A DNA stretch of 64,000 bases from Candidatus Shapirobacteria bacterium (GTDB lineage: Bacteria > Patescibacteriota > Microgenomatia > UM-FILTER-40-11), in assembly GCA_020059745.1 (NCBI GenBank), contig JAGVBK010000004.1, forward strand, positions 26,932-90,931, read 5' to 3'. The translations under genes and the position numbers were made by a program. Within the stretch, counting starts at the first letter, position 1; every line of letters starts with the position of its first letter. The notes under the pieces were generated by a model. That model was not told where the DNA came from. It made no database searches and worked only from the letters and a program-made list of their open reading frames with translations. Shown piece after piece: positions 26,723-36,079 of this stretch.

Positions 26723-27262
26723 CTAAAGTTTCCGTATCTCGTCTAAAACTTCTTGAGGGGTGGTAACAATACGGTAAACTCTAATTTCCTCTGATCTTAT
26801 CAGCATATTCCGGCCAAAAGCCTCGAGGATATCGTGCCAAAAGCTGCCGAAAAGAATAAGCGGTTTATGGTGGCCAAAATAAAGCCTGGCTAACCCCCAG
26901 GCCATACCAAACTCGGAAATTGTTCCAGTGCCGCCATTAAAAAGAACATAAGCATCGCCCATTTCCAAAAGCTTAAGTGTTCTGCCGACATAATCATCAA
27001 GCATAATTTCTTGGTCCATGGGGTTAAGTGGATCTTTCCCTTCAAAATGAGTCATGTCTTTGGGGTTAAAGGTAATACCAATGCATTTTCCTTTACCGGC
27101 TTTAGCCCCTTCTGAGGCTGCCCGCATAATGCCTGGACCGCCTCCGTTTATAATCAGGTATCCATTTTGAGCCAAAAGCTTAGCTGTCTGAAAAGAAGCA
27201 TCATAGTCCAAAGAGCCAGGCTTAACTTCTGAAGAACCAAAAAAAGTTACATTTTTTATCAT
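26723..27262 (-). CDS. LOG/TIGR00725-family Rossmann-fold protein
   Basis: GGGPGIMRAASEGA and NGGTGTISE motifs. Confidence 0.75.
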   Translation of the reverse strand: MIKNVTFFGSSEVKPGSLDYDASFQTAKLLAQNGYLIINGGGPGIMRAASEGAKAGKGKCIGITFNPKDMTHFEGKDPLNPMDQEIMLDDYVGRTLKLLEMGDAYVLFNGGTGTISEFGMAWGLARLYFGHHKPLILFGSFWHDILEAFGRNMLIRSEEIRVYRIVTTPQEVLDEIRKL

Positions 27263-27283
27263 TTTAGTCTCTACAATTAAACT

Positions 27284-27943
27284 TTAAGCAATTAAGGCTG
27301 TCAAGTCGTTATATCTTTTAAGCACGCCCTCTTTATCCAAAAGACCGTTTTCCGGCTGCCAAAAACTGCTTCCGATATAAAAAATATCAACTCCGGCTTT
27401 TTTACAAGCCAGAATGTTTTGTTCCTGAATACCGCCGTCAACTCCAATCTCAACCAGATCTCCGACAATTGCTTTAACTGTTTCGATTTTTGAAAGCACC
27501 CTTTGATCAAACTGCTGCCCGCCAAAACCAGCCTTAACTCCTAAAAGCAAAACCATGTCAGAAAGATGATAAACTTCATCAGCAATTGACTCAACCGGAG
27601 TTTCAAGATCCAAAGCAATTCCCGCTTCCATTCCCGCTTCAACCGTCTGATTAATAAAAATAAGCGGGTCCCTCATCATTTCAACCTGACCGATCAGCCG
27701 GTCAGGCAATATTTCCAAAGCCCGATTTATCCACTCTTCAGGCTCCTTAACCATCAAATGAAGGTCAAGCTTGGGCCTAATTTCCAGATCCTTTAAGGAC
27801 TCAAGAGAAACTGTCTTATTATTACTAAACTTACCGTCAACAATGTCAATCTGCACCCGAGGGCTAACTTCCTTTAAAAGCTCTAGCTTCTGGGAAAGTT
27901 GGGAAAAATCAGAAGTTAAAATTGTGGGCACAATTTCTGCCAT
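27284..27943 (-). CDS. rpe: ribulose-phosphate 3-epimerase
   Basis: IVPTILTSDF, DLHLMV and GVDGGI motifs. Confidence 0.85.
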   Translation of the reverse strand: MAEIVPTILTSDFSQLSQKLELLKEVSPRVQIDIVDGKFSNNKTVSLESLKDLEIRPKLDLHLMVKEPEEWINRALEILPDRLIGQVEMMRDPLIFINQTVEAGMEAGIALDLETPVESIADEVYHLSDMVLLLGVKAGFGGQQFDQRVLSKIETVKAIVGDLVEIGVDGGIQEQNILACKKAGVDIFYIGSSFWQPENGLLDKEGVLKRYNDLTALIA

Positions 27944-27961
27944 TTATAAAAGAAATAAACT

Positions 27962-28990
27962 TTACTTTTTACAGATATGGACCGCCTCCTCAAGCAGCCG
28001 CCTGGCATAAGCCCATTCATTATCATACCAAGCACCGATTTGGATAAAATCATCAGCAACAACCGTCGTCATTCCCAAATCAACCACACAAGAAGCAGGA
28101 TTACCGATAATGTCACCGGAAACAAGCGGTTCTGAGGTGACTGCCAAAATTCCTTTCATTTTTTTCTCAGCTGCTCTGAGAAAAAGGCTATTTAACTCGT
28201 CAATCGTTGTTTTTTGGGAGATTCTAAAGTTTAAGTCTGAATAAGAACCACAGATAACCGGCACCCGGATCGCTGCACCTGCAAATTTACCTTTCAGATC
28301 AGGGAAAAGGGCCACCACTGATTCTGCTGCTCCGGTTTCCGTAGGAATAATGTTTTGCGCCGCTGCCCTGGCGCGATGCAGATCTTTGTGTGAACCGTCT
28401 ATCAGTTCTTGGTCTGAGGTATAGGCGTGAATAGTGGTTAAGGCCGCCTGCTCAATCCCATATTTTTCTTTAATAAGTTTCACAATCGGAGCCACACAAT
28501 TGGTGGTGCAGGAACCATTGGAAATCACCTTTTCTCCTTTATAGCGGTTTTCGTTTATTCCCATTACATAAAGCGGTACTTCACCGCCCTTTGGCGGAGC
28601 GGAAATAATCACTTTTCCGGCTCCTGCTTCCAGGTGTTTTTCCGCCTCACTTCCTTTTCGGAAAACACCGGTTGACTCAATCACCACATCCGGCTTATAG
28701 GCAAACCAGGGAATTTTTATCGGTTCTTTTTCTGCAAGTAAAGGGAAAAGCCTGCCGTCAATCAATAAAGAACCGGTTTCCCGCGAACCCTGAGCTTCGG
28801 CAACTTTTACTTCCTTGGGAAAAGCACGGTAAGTTGAATCATACTTTAGAAGCGTTGCCCAGCCTTCAGTCTCCATTGAACCGGAAGTATTTATTGCCAC
28901 CACTTCAATTTCATTCTGAAAATCAAGGATTGCTTGCCTGAAAACAATGCGACCAATTCTACCAAAACCATTAATTGCTAATTTAATCAT
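27962..28990 (-). CDS. gap: type I glyceraldehyde-3-phosphate dehydrogenase
   Basis: INGFGRIGR NAD motif and the active site SNGSCTTNC. Confidence 0.93.
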   Translation of the reverse strand: MIKLAINGFGRIGRIVFRQAILDFQNEIEVVAINTSGSMETEGWATLLKYDSTYRAFPKEVKVAEAQGSRETGSLLIDGRLFPLLAEKEPIKIPWFAYKPDVVIESTGVFRKGSEAEKHLEAGAGKVIISAPPKGGEVPLYVMGINENRYKGEKVISNGSCTTNCVAPIVKLIKEKYGIEQAALTTIHAYTSDQELIDGSHKDLHRARAAAQNIIPTETGAAESVVALFPDLKGKFAGAAIRVPVICGSYSDLNFRISQKTTIDELNSLFLRAAEKKMKGILAVTSEPLVSGDIIGNPASCVVDLGMTTVVADDFIQIGAWYDNEWAYARRLLEEAVHICKK

Positions 28991-30005
28991 TTTTCCCTCT
29001 TTTTAGAGCTTCAATTCCGGGAAGGGTGCCCTTAGCTAAAAACTCAAGACAGGCTCCTCCGGCAGTGCTTACATAATCCATCTTATTAAGAAGCTTAAAT
29101 TTGGTCAAGCTGGCAATTGTGTCTCCACCCCCAACAATTTTTAAAGCCAAAGAATCTGCCACTGCTTGGGCAACCTCTCTGGTCCCTTTCTCAGAACCCG
29201 GCTCTTCGTATTTTCCCATCGGTCCGTTAAAAACCAGGGTTTTTGCTTCTGAAATTATTTTTTTAAATTCTTCAATTGAGCTTTCGTCGATATCAGTGCC
29301 ATTTTTATTTAAAGAGGCCCAGATAATGTTTTCTTTGTCTTTTTCTTTTTGTAAAGGCAAAAGTCCGCCGACTAAAACCCAGTCAGCTTTTTGGGCAAAC
29401 TCATAAACATAAGACAGTTTTGTTTCCGGCTTAGCGCCGCCAATAATAAAAACCAGCGGCTTTTTGGGATTTTCTATTGTTTTTGAAAGGCTTGTCACTT
29501 CTTTTTCAAAATGAAAACCAGAAGCAGAGGGTAAAACCAAAGGCACACCCACAACCGAAGCATGCTTTCGGTGGCTAACTGCAAAAGCCTCATTAATATA
29601 AATTTCAGCAAGTGAGCTTAATTTCTCTGTAAACTCGGGACTATTTTCTTCTTCTCCTTTAAAAAATCTTAAGTTTTCCAAAAGAAGCAAATCCTCTCCT
29701 AAATCATAAAAAGAAAAAAACTTCATTTTTTTATATCCGGCAAGGCTTCTTTTCATCAGGCGGGAAATTTCTCTGGCCACAGGAAGCATTTTAAGTTCCT
29801 CTACTTCTTTGCCTTGCGGCCTGCCTAAATGACCGGCAAGAATTATAAAAGCTTTTTTTTCAAGCAAATATTCAACCGTGGGCAAACACTCTTTTATCCT
29901 TGAATTTTCCGCGACCTCTCCCTCTTTCAGGGGAACATCTAAATCACAGCGCACTAGCACTCTTTTTTCTTTAAAATCAAAATCTTTAAGCCCTGGAAGT
30001 TTCAT
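28983..30005 (-). CDS. pgk: phosphoglycerate kinase (short, 340 aa)
   Basis: RCDLDVP, GHLGRP, the SHRKHAS-type motif and a GGGDT-containing C-terminus. It overlaps gap by 8 nt. Confidence 0.88.
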   Translation of the reverse strand: MKLPGLKDFDFKEKRVLVRCDLDVPLKEGEVAENSRIKECLPTVEYLLEKKAFIILAGHLGRPQGKEVEELKMLPVAREISRLMKRSLAGYKKMKFFSFYDLGEDLLLLENLRFFKGEEENSPEFTEKLSSLAEIYINEAFAVSHRKHASVVGVPLVLPSASGFHFEKEVTSLSKTIENPKKPLVFIIGGAKPETKLSYVYEFAQKADWVLVGGLLPLQKEKDKENIIWASLNKNGTDIDESSIEEFKKIISEAKTLVFNGPMGKYEEPGSEKGTREVAQAVADSLALKIVGGGDTIASLTKFKLLNKMDYVSTAGGACLEFLAKGTLPGIEALKRGKND

Positions 30006-30008
30006 TTT

Positions 30009-30452
30009 CTATTTTTGGTTTTTTTCAATTTCCTTAATTTTTTCCACTCTTCTTTGATATTTGTCACTTCCGGAAAACTGGGTTTCCAAAAACATCTGAA
30101 TTATTCCCAGGGTCTCTGTTTCAGAAAGAAAATCCGCAGGGATTGCCAGACAATTTATATCATCATCCCTTTTAGCCACTCTTATTTGCTGCTGAGAAAA
30201 GCCAAGACCGCAGCGAATACCGGAAAATTTATTGGCAACAATGTCTACTCCCACTCCTGAACCGCAAAAGAGAATGCCAAAGTCGCCTTTGCCTAATTTT
30301 TTAGCCACTTCAACGGCAAAGTCGGGGTAATCATCTTCGGGAGAAAGATGATCGCTGCCTAAATCCTCATACTGGTAACCTGAAGATTCAAGCCATTTTT
30401 TTACCTTTTCTTTAAGCTCAAAGCCCCGATGGTCCGCACCAAGATAAATCAT
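30009..30452 (-). CDS. rpiB: ribose-5-phosphate isomerase B
   Basis: LGADHRGFELKE and CGSGVG motifs. Confidence 0.88.
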   Translation of the reverse strand: MIYLGADHRGFELKEKVKKWLESSGYQYEDLGSDHLSPEDDYPDFAVEVAKKLGKGDFGILFCGSGVGVDIVANKFSGIRCGLGFSQQQIRVAKRDDDINCLAIPADFLSETETLGIIQMFLETQFSGSDKYQRRVEKIKEIEKNQK

Positions 30453-31117
30453 TAGTTTTCCTCAGACAAAGCGCTTAGTAACTCTCTTAATTTTTGTTCT
30501 TGGTTTTCTGCCAAAACCACAGCTGAAGAAATTAATACTCCCCTCGCCCCCAATTCTTTGGCCTTTACCAAATCTTCCTTCTTGTTGATTCCAGCGCCCA
30601 CAATTAAAGGAATTTCCCCGCAAATTTTTACTGCCTTGGCAACTGATTTGGGACTTACCTCTGTGATTGAGGTGGCAGTACCAATAAATTCGCTTATCTC
30701 ATAACCCAAAAAATCCGGTTTAAACTTAACCAGCCTTTTAAGCTGGCCTAATGTTTTAACGCAAACCATTGTTTTCAAACCATTTTGTCTGGCTTTAGAA
30801 ACCAAGTGCTTAACTGTTCCCGGAGGCAAAGGATGCTCGCTGTGGTTTAAAAGAGCGCCTTCTCCACCTGATTCTTTTACCGCCTCAGGCGTAATCCAGC
30901 CGGTAAATTTTCCGGGCAAAACATCGTCAAAATGCTGGACCCAAACCGGTTTTTTGATTTGGCTGGTAACCCGGTAAAGGTCAAGAGCCTGAACCACAGG
31001 AATAACGGAAAAGCCTTCTTCAGAAAATTTAAGGCAAATTTTGGCCAAGTTAAGGCTGTTTTCTCCGCTTGCTTCTTTGTAGGTTTTGAAGTTAACAAAA
31101 ACGCTAAAGTCTGACAC
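30452..31117 (-). CDS. tpiA: triose-phosphate isomerase, short archaeal-type (221 aa)
   Basis: The length and the LLNHSEH motif match archaeal TIM rather than the roughly 250-aa bacterial form. It has a 1-nt overlap with rpiB. Confidence 0.75.
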   Translation of the reverse strand: MSDFSVFVNFKTYKEASGENSLNLAKICLKFSEEGFSVIPVVQALDLYRVTSQIKKPVWVQHFDDVLPGKFTGWITPEAVKESGGEGALLNHSEHPLPPGTVKHLVSKARQNGLKTMVCVKTLGQLKRLVKFKPDFLGYEISEFIGTATSITEVSPKSVAKAVKICGEIPLIVGAGINKKEDLVKAKELGARGVLISSAVVLAENQEQKLRELLSALSEEN

Positions 31118-31121
31118 TAAC

Positions 31122-31652
31122 CTATTTTAACTCAAAATCAGCCAATTTGGTATAGACCGGGCCTTGGGCCGTTAGCACACTTTGGTAAAGGGATAAAACC
31201 CTTACCTCAAAATCAAGCTTAAGATCTAAAAAGGGTGGTTTGTTTACCCCCTTTTTAAAGCGATATAAAGTGACATGAGGCGTAAATTCAATCTTCTCCC
31301 TAAGTAAAAACCCGTTTTTTAAAAAACTATCAACCAATTTTTTATAAAGTCTAAAAAGCTTTTCTTTTTCACCGCCAACTTCAACCCAAACACCTTCAGG
31401 CTTGCTTTTCTTGCCAAAAAGACTGACTTTCCCAAGACTTAGCTTTATTTTTCCGGAAATTAAGTTTTCTTTAATAATTTTTTTAATCTTTTTAAGGTCA
31501 AAAGCATCAATTTCACCTATGAAAAGAAGGGTTAGGTGCAGGTTTTGTTTCTCAACCAACTTGGCACTTGCCCCTTTTGAGATTTCTTCAGAAAGAAAGT
31601 GAAGCCTCTCTTTAAGTTCCTCCGGTAAAAAGATAGCCACAAAAACTCTCAT
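31122..31652 (-). CDS. thpR: RNA 2',3'-cyclic phosphodiesterase (ThpR/LigT, 2H family)
   Basis: Two HxTx motifs: HLTLLFIGE and HVTLYRF. Confidence 0.85.
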   Translation of the reverse strand: MRVFVAIFLPEELKERLHFLSEEISKGASAKLVEKQNLHLTLLFIGEIDAFDLKKIKKIIKENLISGKIKLSLGKVSLFGKKSKPEGVWVEVGGEKEKLFRLYKKLVDSFLKNGFLLREKIEFTPHVTLYRFKKGVNKPPFLDLKLDFEVRVLSLYQSVLTAQGPVYTKLADFELK

Positions 31653-31672
31653 GCCTAGATTATAATACGGTT

Positions 31673-32617
31673 ATGGAAAACAAAAGAAAACTTCTTCTGA
31701 TTGTCCTTGTTCTTTCTTTGTTTACCTTGCTTTTCTTTAGGCTTTTTTTCCCAAAACCAGCTGTGTCTCCTTTAAAAAAAGAATCAGGCGAAAAAGAATA
31801 TTTTCCTTCCTTGCCTCCCCAAAGAACAATTGTTTTAAGAGCGGTTGGCGATGTCATGCTCGGCAGAATGGTAAATGTCAAAATGCTTGAAAATAATGAT
31901 TTTAAATACCCTTTCCTAAAAACAGCAGAACTTCTTTCCACAGCTGACCTCACTTTCGGCAACCTTGAATCCCCAATTATTGATAACTGCAAAACCACAA
32001 AAACTGGCATGGTTTTTTGCGGAAGAAAAGAATCAATAGAAGGCCTGTTTTTTGCCGGTTTTGATATTGTTAGTATCGCCAATAATCATATTCTTAATCA
32101 GGGGCGCGAAGGAAGAAAACAAACCATAAAGCTGCTTTCTGAAAAAAATATTCTTGCCTCAGATTCTGAAAATCTGGCAATTGTTAATGTAAACGGCGTT
32201 TCTTTTGGTTTTCTATCGTTTGATTTAACTGTTACAAACAACCCTGAACCTCTGGTTAAAAAAGTAAAAGAAAGTGTTTCAAAAGCAGACTTGGTGATCG
32301 TCTCCCTTCACTGGGGCGCGGAATACTTAAAAGAACCATTCCCTTGGCAAAAAGAGCTGGGAAGAAAACTAATTGATGAGGGTGTAAAAGTCGTTATCGG
32401 CCACCACCCCCATGTTACCCAACCAACTGAAGAATACAAAGACGGTCTTATTTTTTATTCTTTAGGCAACTTTGTTTTTGACCAGATGTGGAGCGAGGAG
32501 ACTAAAAAAGGCCAGATTGCCGAGATTTTCTTTGAAGAAAAACAAATTAAAAGCTACAAAACCATCCCTATTTACATTACCGACTACTGCCAACCTGTAT
32601 TAGGAAGTAGTAGGTAG
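31673..32617 (+). CDS. CapA-family metallophosphatase (poly-gamma-glutamate capsule synthesis-like)
   Basis: AVGDVMLGR, NLESP, ANNH, HWGAEY and GHHPH motifs. The last five codons and the stop lie inside the left inverted repeat of the adjacent cassette. Confidence 0.85.
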   Translation: MENKRKLLLIVLVLSLFTLLFFRLFFPKPAVSPLKKESGEKEYFPSLPPQRTIVLRAVGDVMLGRMVNVKMLENNDFKYPFLKTAELLSTADLTFGNLESPIIDNCKTTKTGMVFCGRKESIEGLFFAGFDIVSIANNHILNQGREGRKQTIKLLSEKNILASDSENLAIVNVNGVSFGFLSFDLTVTNNPEPLVKKVKESVSKADLVIVSLHWGAEYLKEPFPWQKELGRKLIDEGVKVVIGHHPHVTQPTEEYKDGLIFYSLGNFVFDQMWSEETKKGQIAEIFFEEKQIKSYKTIPIYITDYCQPVLGSSR

Positions 32618-32986
32618 GTTGTAGTTAGTAGTAAATTGATTAATTAATTTATTAAGCATTTTCATGACTTCTTCTAATAAACTATCCACTTTCTCATAAT
32701 TCAAATTTTTTCCAAAAGATAGCTCTTTTAAAATTTCTATCTGAGTCTCAAGCTCTGCTCCAGACCCAAAAGCAATTCTTAGAAATTGACAATAATCCTT
32801 CTTGCTCCCGCGCCTACTTCCCTCAGCTATATTTGAAGGAATAGAAACAGAGCATCTTCTCATTTGAGAAACAAGACCATAAATTTCCGATTTGGGAAAA
32901 TTTTCTGTCAACTCGAAAATAGCAATAGCCAACTTCTTGGCTTTCTGCCAAACTATCAAATCTTTATAATTGCTTACTTTGTTCAT
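32600..32986 (-). CDS. four-helix-bundle protein (23S rRNA intervening-sequence protein family)
   Basis: YKDLIVWQKAKKLAIAIFELTENFPKSEIYGLVSQMRRCSVSIPSNIAEGSRRGSKKDYCQFLRIAFGSGAELETQ is the family signature. Confidence 0.9.
   Translation of the reverse strand: MNKVSNYKDLIVWQKAKKLAIAIFELTENFPKSEIYGLVSQMRRCSVSIPSNIAEGSRRGSKKDYCQFLRIAFGSGAELETQIEILKELSFGKNLNYEKVDSLLEEVMKMLNKLINQFTTNYNLPTTS
32603..32633. repeat. left imperfect terminal inverted repeat of the four-helix-bundle cassette
   Basis: ggaagtagtaggtaggttgtagttagtagta aligns with the reverse complement of 32994-33033. They share the core GTAGGTTGTAGT and match at about 28 of 32 positions. Confidence 0.65.
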
Positions 32987-32993
32987 TTTGAAC

Positions 32994-33033
32994 TACTCCT
33001 ACCCACTACAACCTACTTACTACTCCCTACTCC
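32994..33033. repeat. right imperfect terminal inverted repeat of the four-helix-bundle cassette
   Basis: tactcctacccactacaacctacttactactccctactcc. It overlaps the stop codon of the ZIP transporter gene. Confidence 0.65.
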
Positions 33034-33749
33034 AAAAACATCCCTGCTATAAAAGGAAAAAGAACCCCAAAAAATGTTAGAACTATATTCAAAACCTTGC
33101 TTTTTTTGTGAATTTCCGGGATCAGGTCTGAAGCAGCGACATATAAAAAACTGCCCGCAGCAACGGCTAAAAGAAGCCCAACCACCTCTCCATTAACTTC
33201 TCTTAAAGCAAAAGAAGAAATAACCGCACCAAAGGGTGTGGCCAAGGCAACGGCCGAAGAATACTTGATTGCTTTGTTAACCGAGTATTTGCCATAAAGC
33301 ATAACTGCCATTGAGGAAATCCCCTCCGGAAACTCATGAAGTAAAACCGCCAAGGTAGAAAGAATCCCCAAACTAAAAGATGCTTCAAAACCAGCTCCAA
33401 TCACAGCGCCGTCAATTAAGGAGTGTACCAAAAGCCCGACCCAGGAAACTAAAGTAAAGGTTTCATGGGCTTCACAGTTTTCCTTTTCTTTGCAGACATG
33501 AAGAGATAAAGAATGCTCCAAAATATAAAAAAGTAAAAAAGAAAACAATACCACCGTAAGCGCTCCTGGATAAAGCTCCAAAGACTCGGGCAGTAAGTGA
33601 AGAAAGGAAAAAGAAAGTAACACCCCAGCGGAAAAAGAAATAAGGTAAATCAGGTTTTTTTGCGCCCAATCTGCTTTTTTAGCCATCAGGTAAACACCCA
33701 AAAAAGTGGCCAGACCAGCCAACATGCTAAAAAGAAAGGTGTTGAGCAT
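33027..33749 (-). CDS. ZIP-family divalent metal transporter (ZupT-like)
   Basis: Eight predicted TM helices and the HEFPEG motif. Confidence 0.85.
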   Translation of the reverse strand: MLNTFLFSMLAGLATFLGVYLMAKKADWAQKNLIYLISFSAGVLLSFSFLHLLPESLELYPGALTVVLFSFLLFYILEHSLSLHVCKEKENCEAHETFTLVSWVGLLVHSLIDGAVIGAGFEASFSLGILSTLAVLLHEFPEGISSMAVMLYGKYSVNKAIKYSSAVALATPFGAVISSFALREVNGEVVGLLLAVAAGSFLYVAASDLIPEIHKKSKVLNIVLTFFGVLFPFIAGMFLE

Positions 33750-33750
33750 A

Positions 33751-34458
33751 CTATTTATTATAGAGGATTCCCCAAAGGTCGTGCCGGCCCAGAAAGCTTT
33801 CTCTTTTAGTAAAAGGTTCTTTTACCCACTGTCCGCTTGGCTTAAGCAGCTCTTTTGTCCAAATCACGCAAGGCTGGATTATTTCCACCAAGCTAAAGCC
33901 TTTATGTTCAATGGCTTTGGCAATTATTTCTGTGGTTTTATTAAGATCAGAAACTGGCGTTCTTGCCAAAAAAGAGCCTCCGGAAACAACCGCCAAGTCA
34001 ATAGCAGAAAGCGGCTCAAAAGGGTTACCCTGCAATGTAGTTCTGGTTTTTAGCCCCTTGGGGGTGGCAGATGAAGCCTGGCCGGTAGTTAAGGCAAAAA
34101 CATAGTTGTTGTTTACCAGGACCGTAATATCGTCATTCCTTTGGGAGGCATGAACAAGGTGGTTTCCGCCTTCACTCACAATCCCACCATCCCCCCCCTG
34201 CGCAATCACAGTTAGTTTTGGGTTTGCCGTTTTTACGCCTACGGCAACAGGGATAGAACGACCGTGCAAAGTAGCAAAACCACAGAGATTAATGAAATTA
34301 ACCATGTTTGCCGAGCAACCAATATCATAGGTAATCACCACATCTTTAGGAGCCAAATTATTTTTAATAATGGCTTTCTTAACAGCAGTCAAAAAACTAT
34401 ATCCTCCGCAGCCCGGGCACCAGGTGGGAAGATTTGGGGTGCTTAAATCTGTGTTCAT
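33751..34458 (-). CDS. 2-oxoacid:ferredoxin oxidoreductase, beta (TPP-binding) subunit
   Basis: WCPGCG, and GGDGG followed by the NNxxFALTTGQ TPP motif. Confidence 0.88.
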   Translation of the reverse strand: MNTDLSTPNLPTWCPGCGGYSFLTAVKKAIIKNNLAPKDVVITYDIGCSANMVNFINLCGFATLHGRSIPVAVGVKTANPKLTVIAQGGDGGIVSEGGNHLVHASQRNDDITVLVNNNYVFALTTGQASSATPKGLKTRTTLQGNPFEPLSAIDLAVVSGGSFLARTPVSDLNKTTEIIAKAIEHKGFSLVEIIQPCVIWTKELLKPSGQWVKEPFTKRESFLGRHDLWGILYNK

Positions 34459-36071
34459 CGTTCTGCCTTTCTAAGCCTTTCTCTTATCTCGTGGTAAAAA
34501 AGGGGTCGGCCGTCATCTTTAAGAATTTTTTCCGTTTTAAGCTCGGTTTCTTTTTCAAGCAGGGAAGCAAGCTGCCCGGAGAAGTTACCTTCAATAACAA
34601 TAACCTTTTCAGCTTCTTTTAAAATGGTTTTTACCTCTTTCGGAAACGGCCATGGCCGCCAGAAATGAAGGTAGCCTAATTGAGGAAAATCATCAATAAG
34701 GTCAAGTAAAATTTCTTTGGTTGAACCCCAACCGACAAGAAAGGTTTTTGCTCCTTTTTTTCCGAAAATTTCAAATCCGCCTTTAAGGCTTTCTAGCTTT
34801 TTTGCCCTTTTTTCCATCATCTTTTGTCTATTTTGACTGTCATCATCAGAAAACCCATACTCGTTATGTTCATAGGAGTTGGTAATAAAAGCGGTTTGGC
34901 CGGGAAAAGCTCTTTTGGAAATACCATCTAACGAAAACTCGTATCTTTTGTAGCCATCAAGTTCTTTTCCTTCGGCTAATTTTCCCCTGTCAATTTTTAC
35001 TTTTATTTTTCCCAAAACATCTTTTAAAATGCTTAACCTGTTTTCCGCCAAGTATTTATCGGTCATTAAAATCACCGGAACTTGATAGCGCTCGGCTAAA
35101 TTAAAAGCCTCCAGGCCCAAACGATAAAGCTCCTCGGCGTCTCCTGGGGTTAAAACAATCCTGGGAAACTCGCCATGACCGGCATTAATAGCAAAATTAA
35201 GGTCAGCCTGAGAGGAAAAAGTAGCCATCCCCGTAGAAGGGCCTGTTCTTTGACCAAGCACTAAAACCAGCGGAATTTCCGCCATTCCAGCCAGCCCCAA
35301 ACCTTCAACCATTAAGCTGAACCCACCGCCCGAAGTGGCAACCATGCTTCTTTTACCAGCATAAGAAGCACCAATCGCAGCCATTATCCCGGCAATTTCA
35401 TCCTCAGGTCTAAAAAGCTTAATTTCCCTGTCAGAAAGCAGAGTTAAAATTGAGTTTATTGGTGTCATCGGGTAAATGGAAGCAAAGCGGCAATCTGCAT
35501 TTAAAATTGCTTTTGTCAGAATTTCGTTTCCGGAATAGTTTTCAATTTCTTTTTTTGTTTTTGGGGTCTCAATTTTAAAGCTTTCTTTCTGGTTTAAACC
35601 AAAGCCCTGAAAAACTGCCTTAAGATTAAGGTCAAGTACCTTTGGTTTGTCTTCAAAATCTTTGTTGACTTGTTCTTCAAGGATTTCTCTTTTAAACCCC
35701 AAAACACTCCATAAAAAGCCCAAGCCCGCAGTATTGATAACCAAAGGGTTACCGATTTCCTCGGCAATCTTTTCAAGGCCAATTTCCGAAGATTCAAAAC
35801 CTAAGCCGTTTTCTTTTAATTCCCCTTTATGCTCTTCAAAGTTTTTTTTACCAAAAGCAAGAAGAATATCAATTTTTTCCCGAGGCGTTAAAAAAGGCTT
35901 TTGAGAAAAAATGATTTGTATGTGGTTGTCTCCTCCTCTGATTCGGGAAGGGTACTCAGGATAAACCAAAGTAAAAAAACCAAGCCGGTTTAAGGCTTTG
36001 CTTAAAGTCTCTCCAGCTTGCATAACTCCTGCTCCCGCCGGACCTGATATTTTTAAAGCATATCTTTCCAT
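34455..36071 (-). CDS. 2-oxoacid:ferredoxin oxidoreductase, fused gamma-alpha subunit
   Basis: N-terminal POR gamma-like domain (ISGPAGAGVMQAG) fused to the alpha domain (YPMTPINS). It has a 4-nt overlap with the beta subunit. Confidence 0.85.
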   Translation of the reverse strand: MERYALKISGPAGAGVMQAGETLSKALNRLGFFTLVYPEYPSRIRGGDNHIQIIFSQKPFLTPREKIDILLAFGKKNFEEHKGELKENGLGFESSEIGLEKIAEEIGNPLVINTAGLGFLWSVLGFKREILEEQVNKDFEDKPKVLDLNLKAVFQGFGLNQKESFKIETPKTKKEIENYSGNEILTKAILNADCRFASIYPMTPINSILTLLSDREIKLFRPEDEIAGIMAAIGASYAGKRSMVATSGGGFSLMVEGLGLAGMAEIPLVLVLGQRTGPSTGMATFSSQADLNFAINAGHGEFPRIVLTPGDAEELYRLGLEAFNLAERYQVPVILMTDKYLAENRLSILKDVLGKIKVKIDRGKLAEGKELDGYKRYEFSLDGISKRAFPGQTAFITNSYEHNEYGFSDDDSQNRQKMMEKRAKKLESLKGGFEIFGKKGAKTFLVGWGSTKEILLDLIDDFPQLGYLHFWRPWPFPKEVKTILKEAEKVIVIEGNFSGQLASLLEKETELKTEKILKDDGRPLFYHEIRERLRKAER

Positions 36072-36079
36072 TTTTTGGA

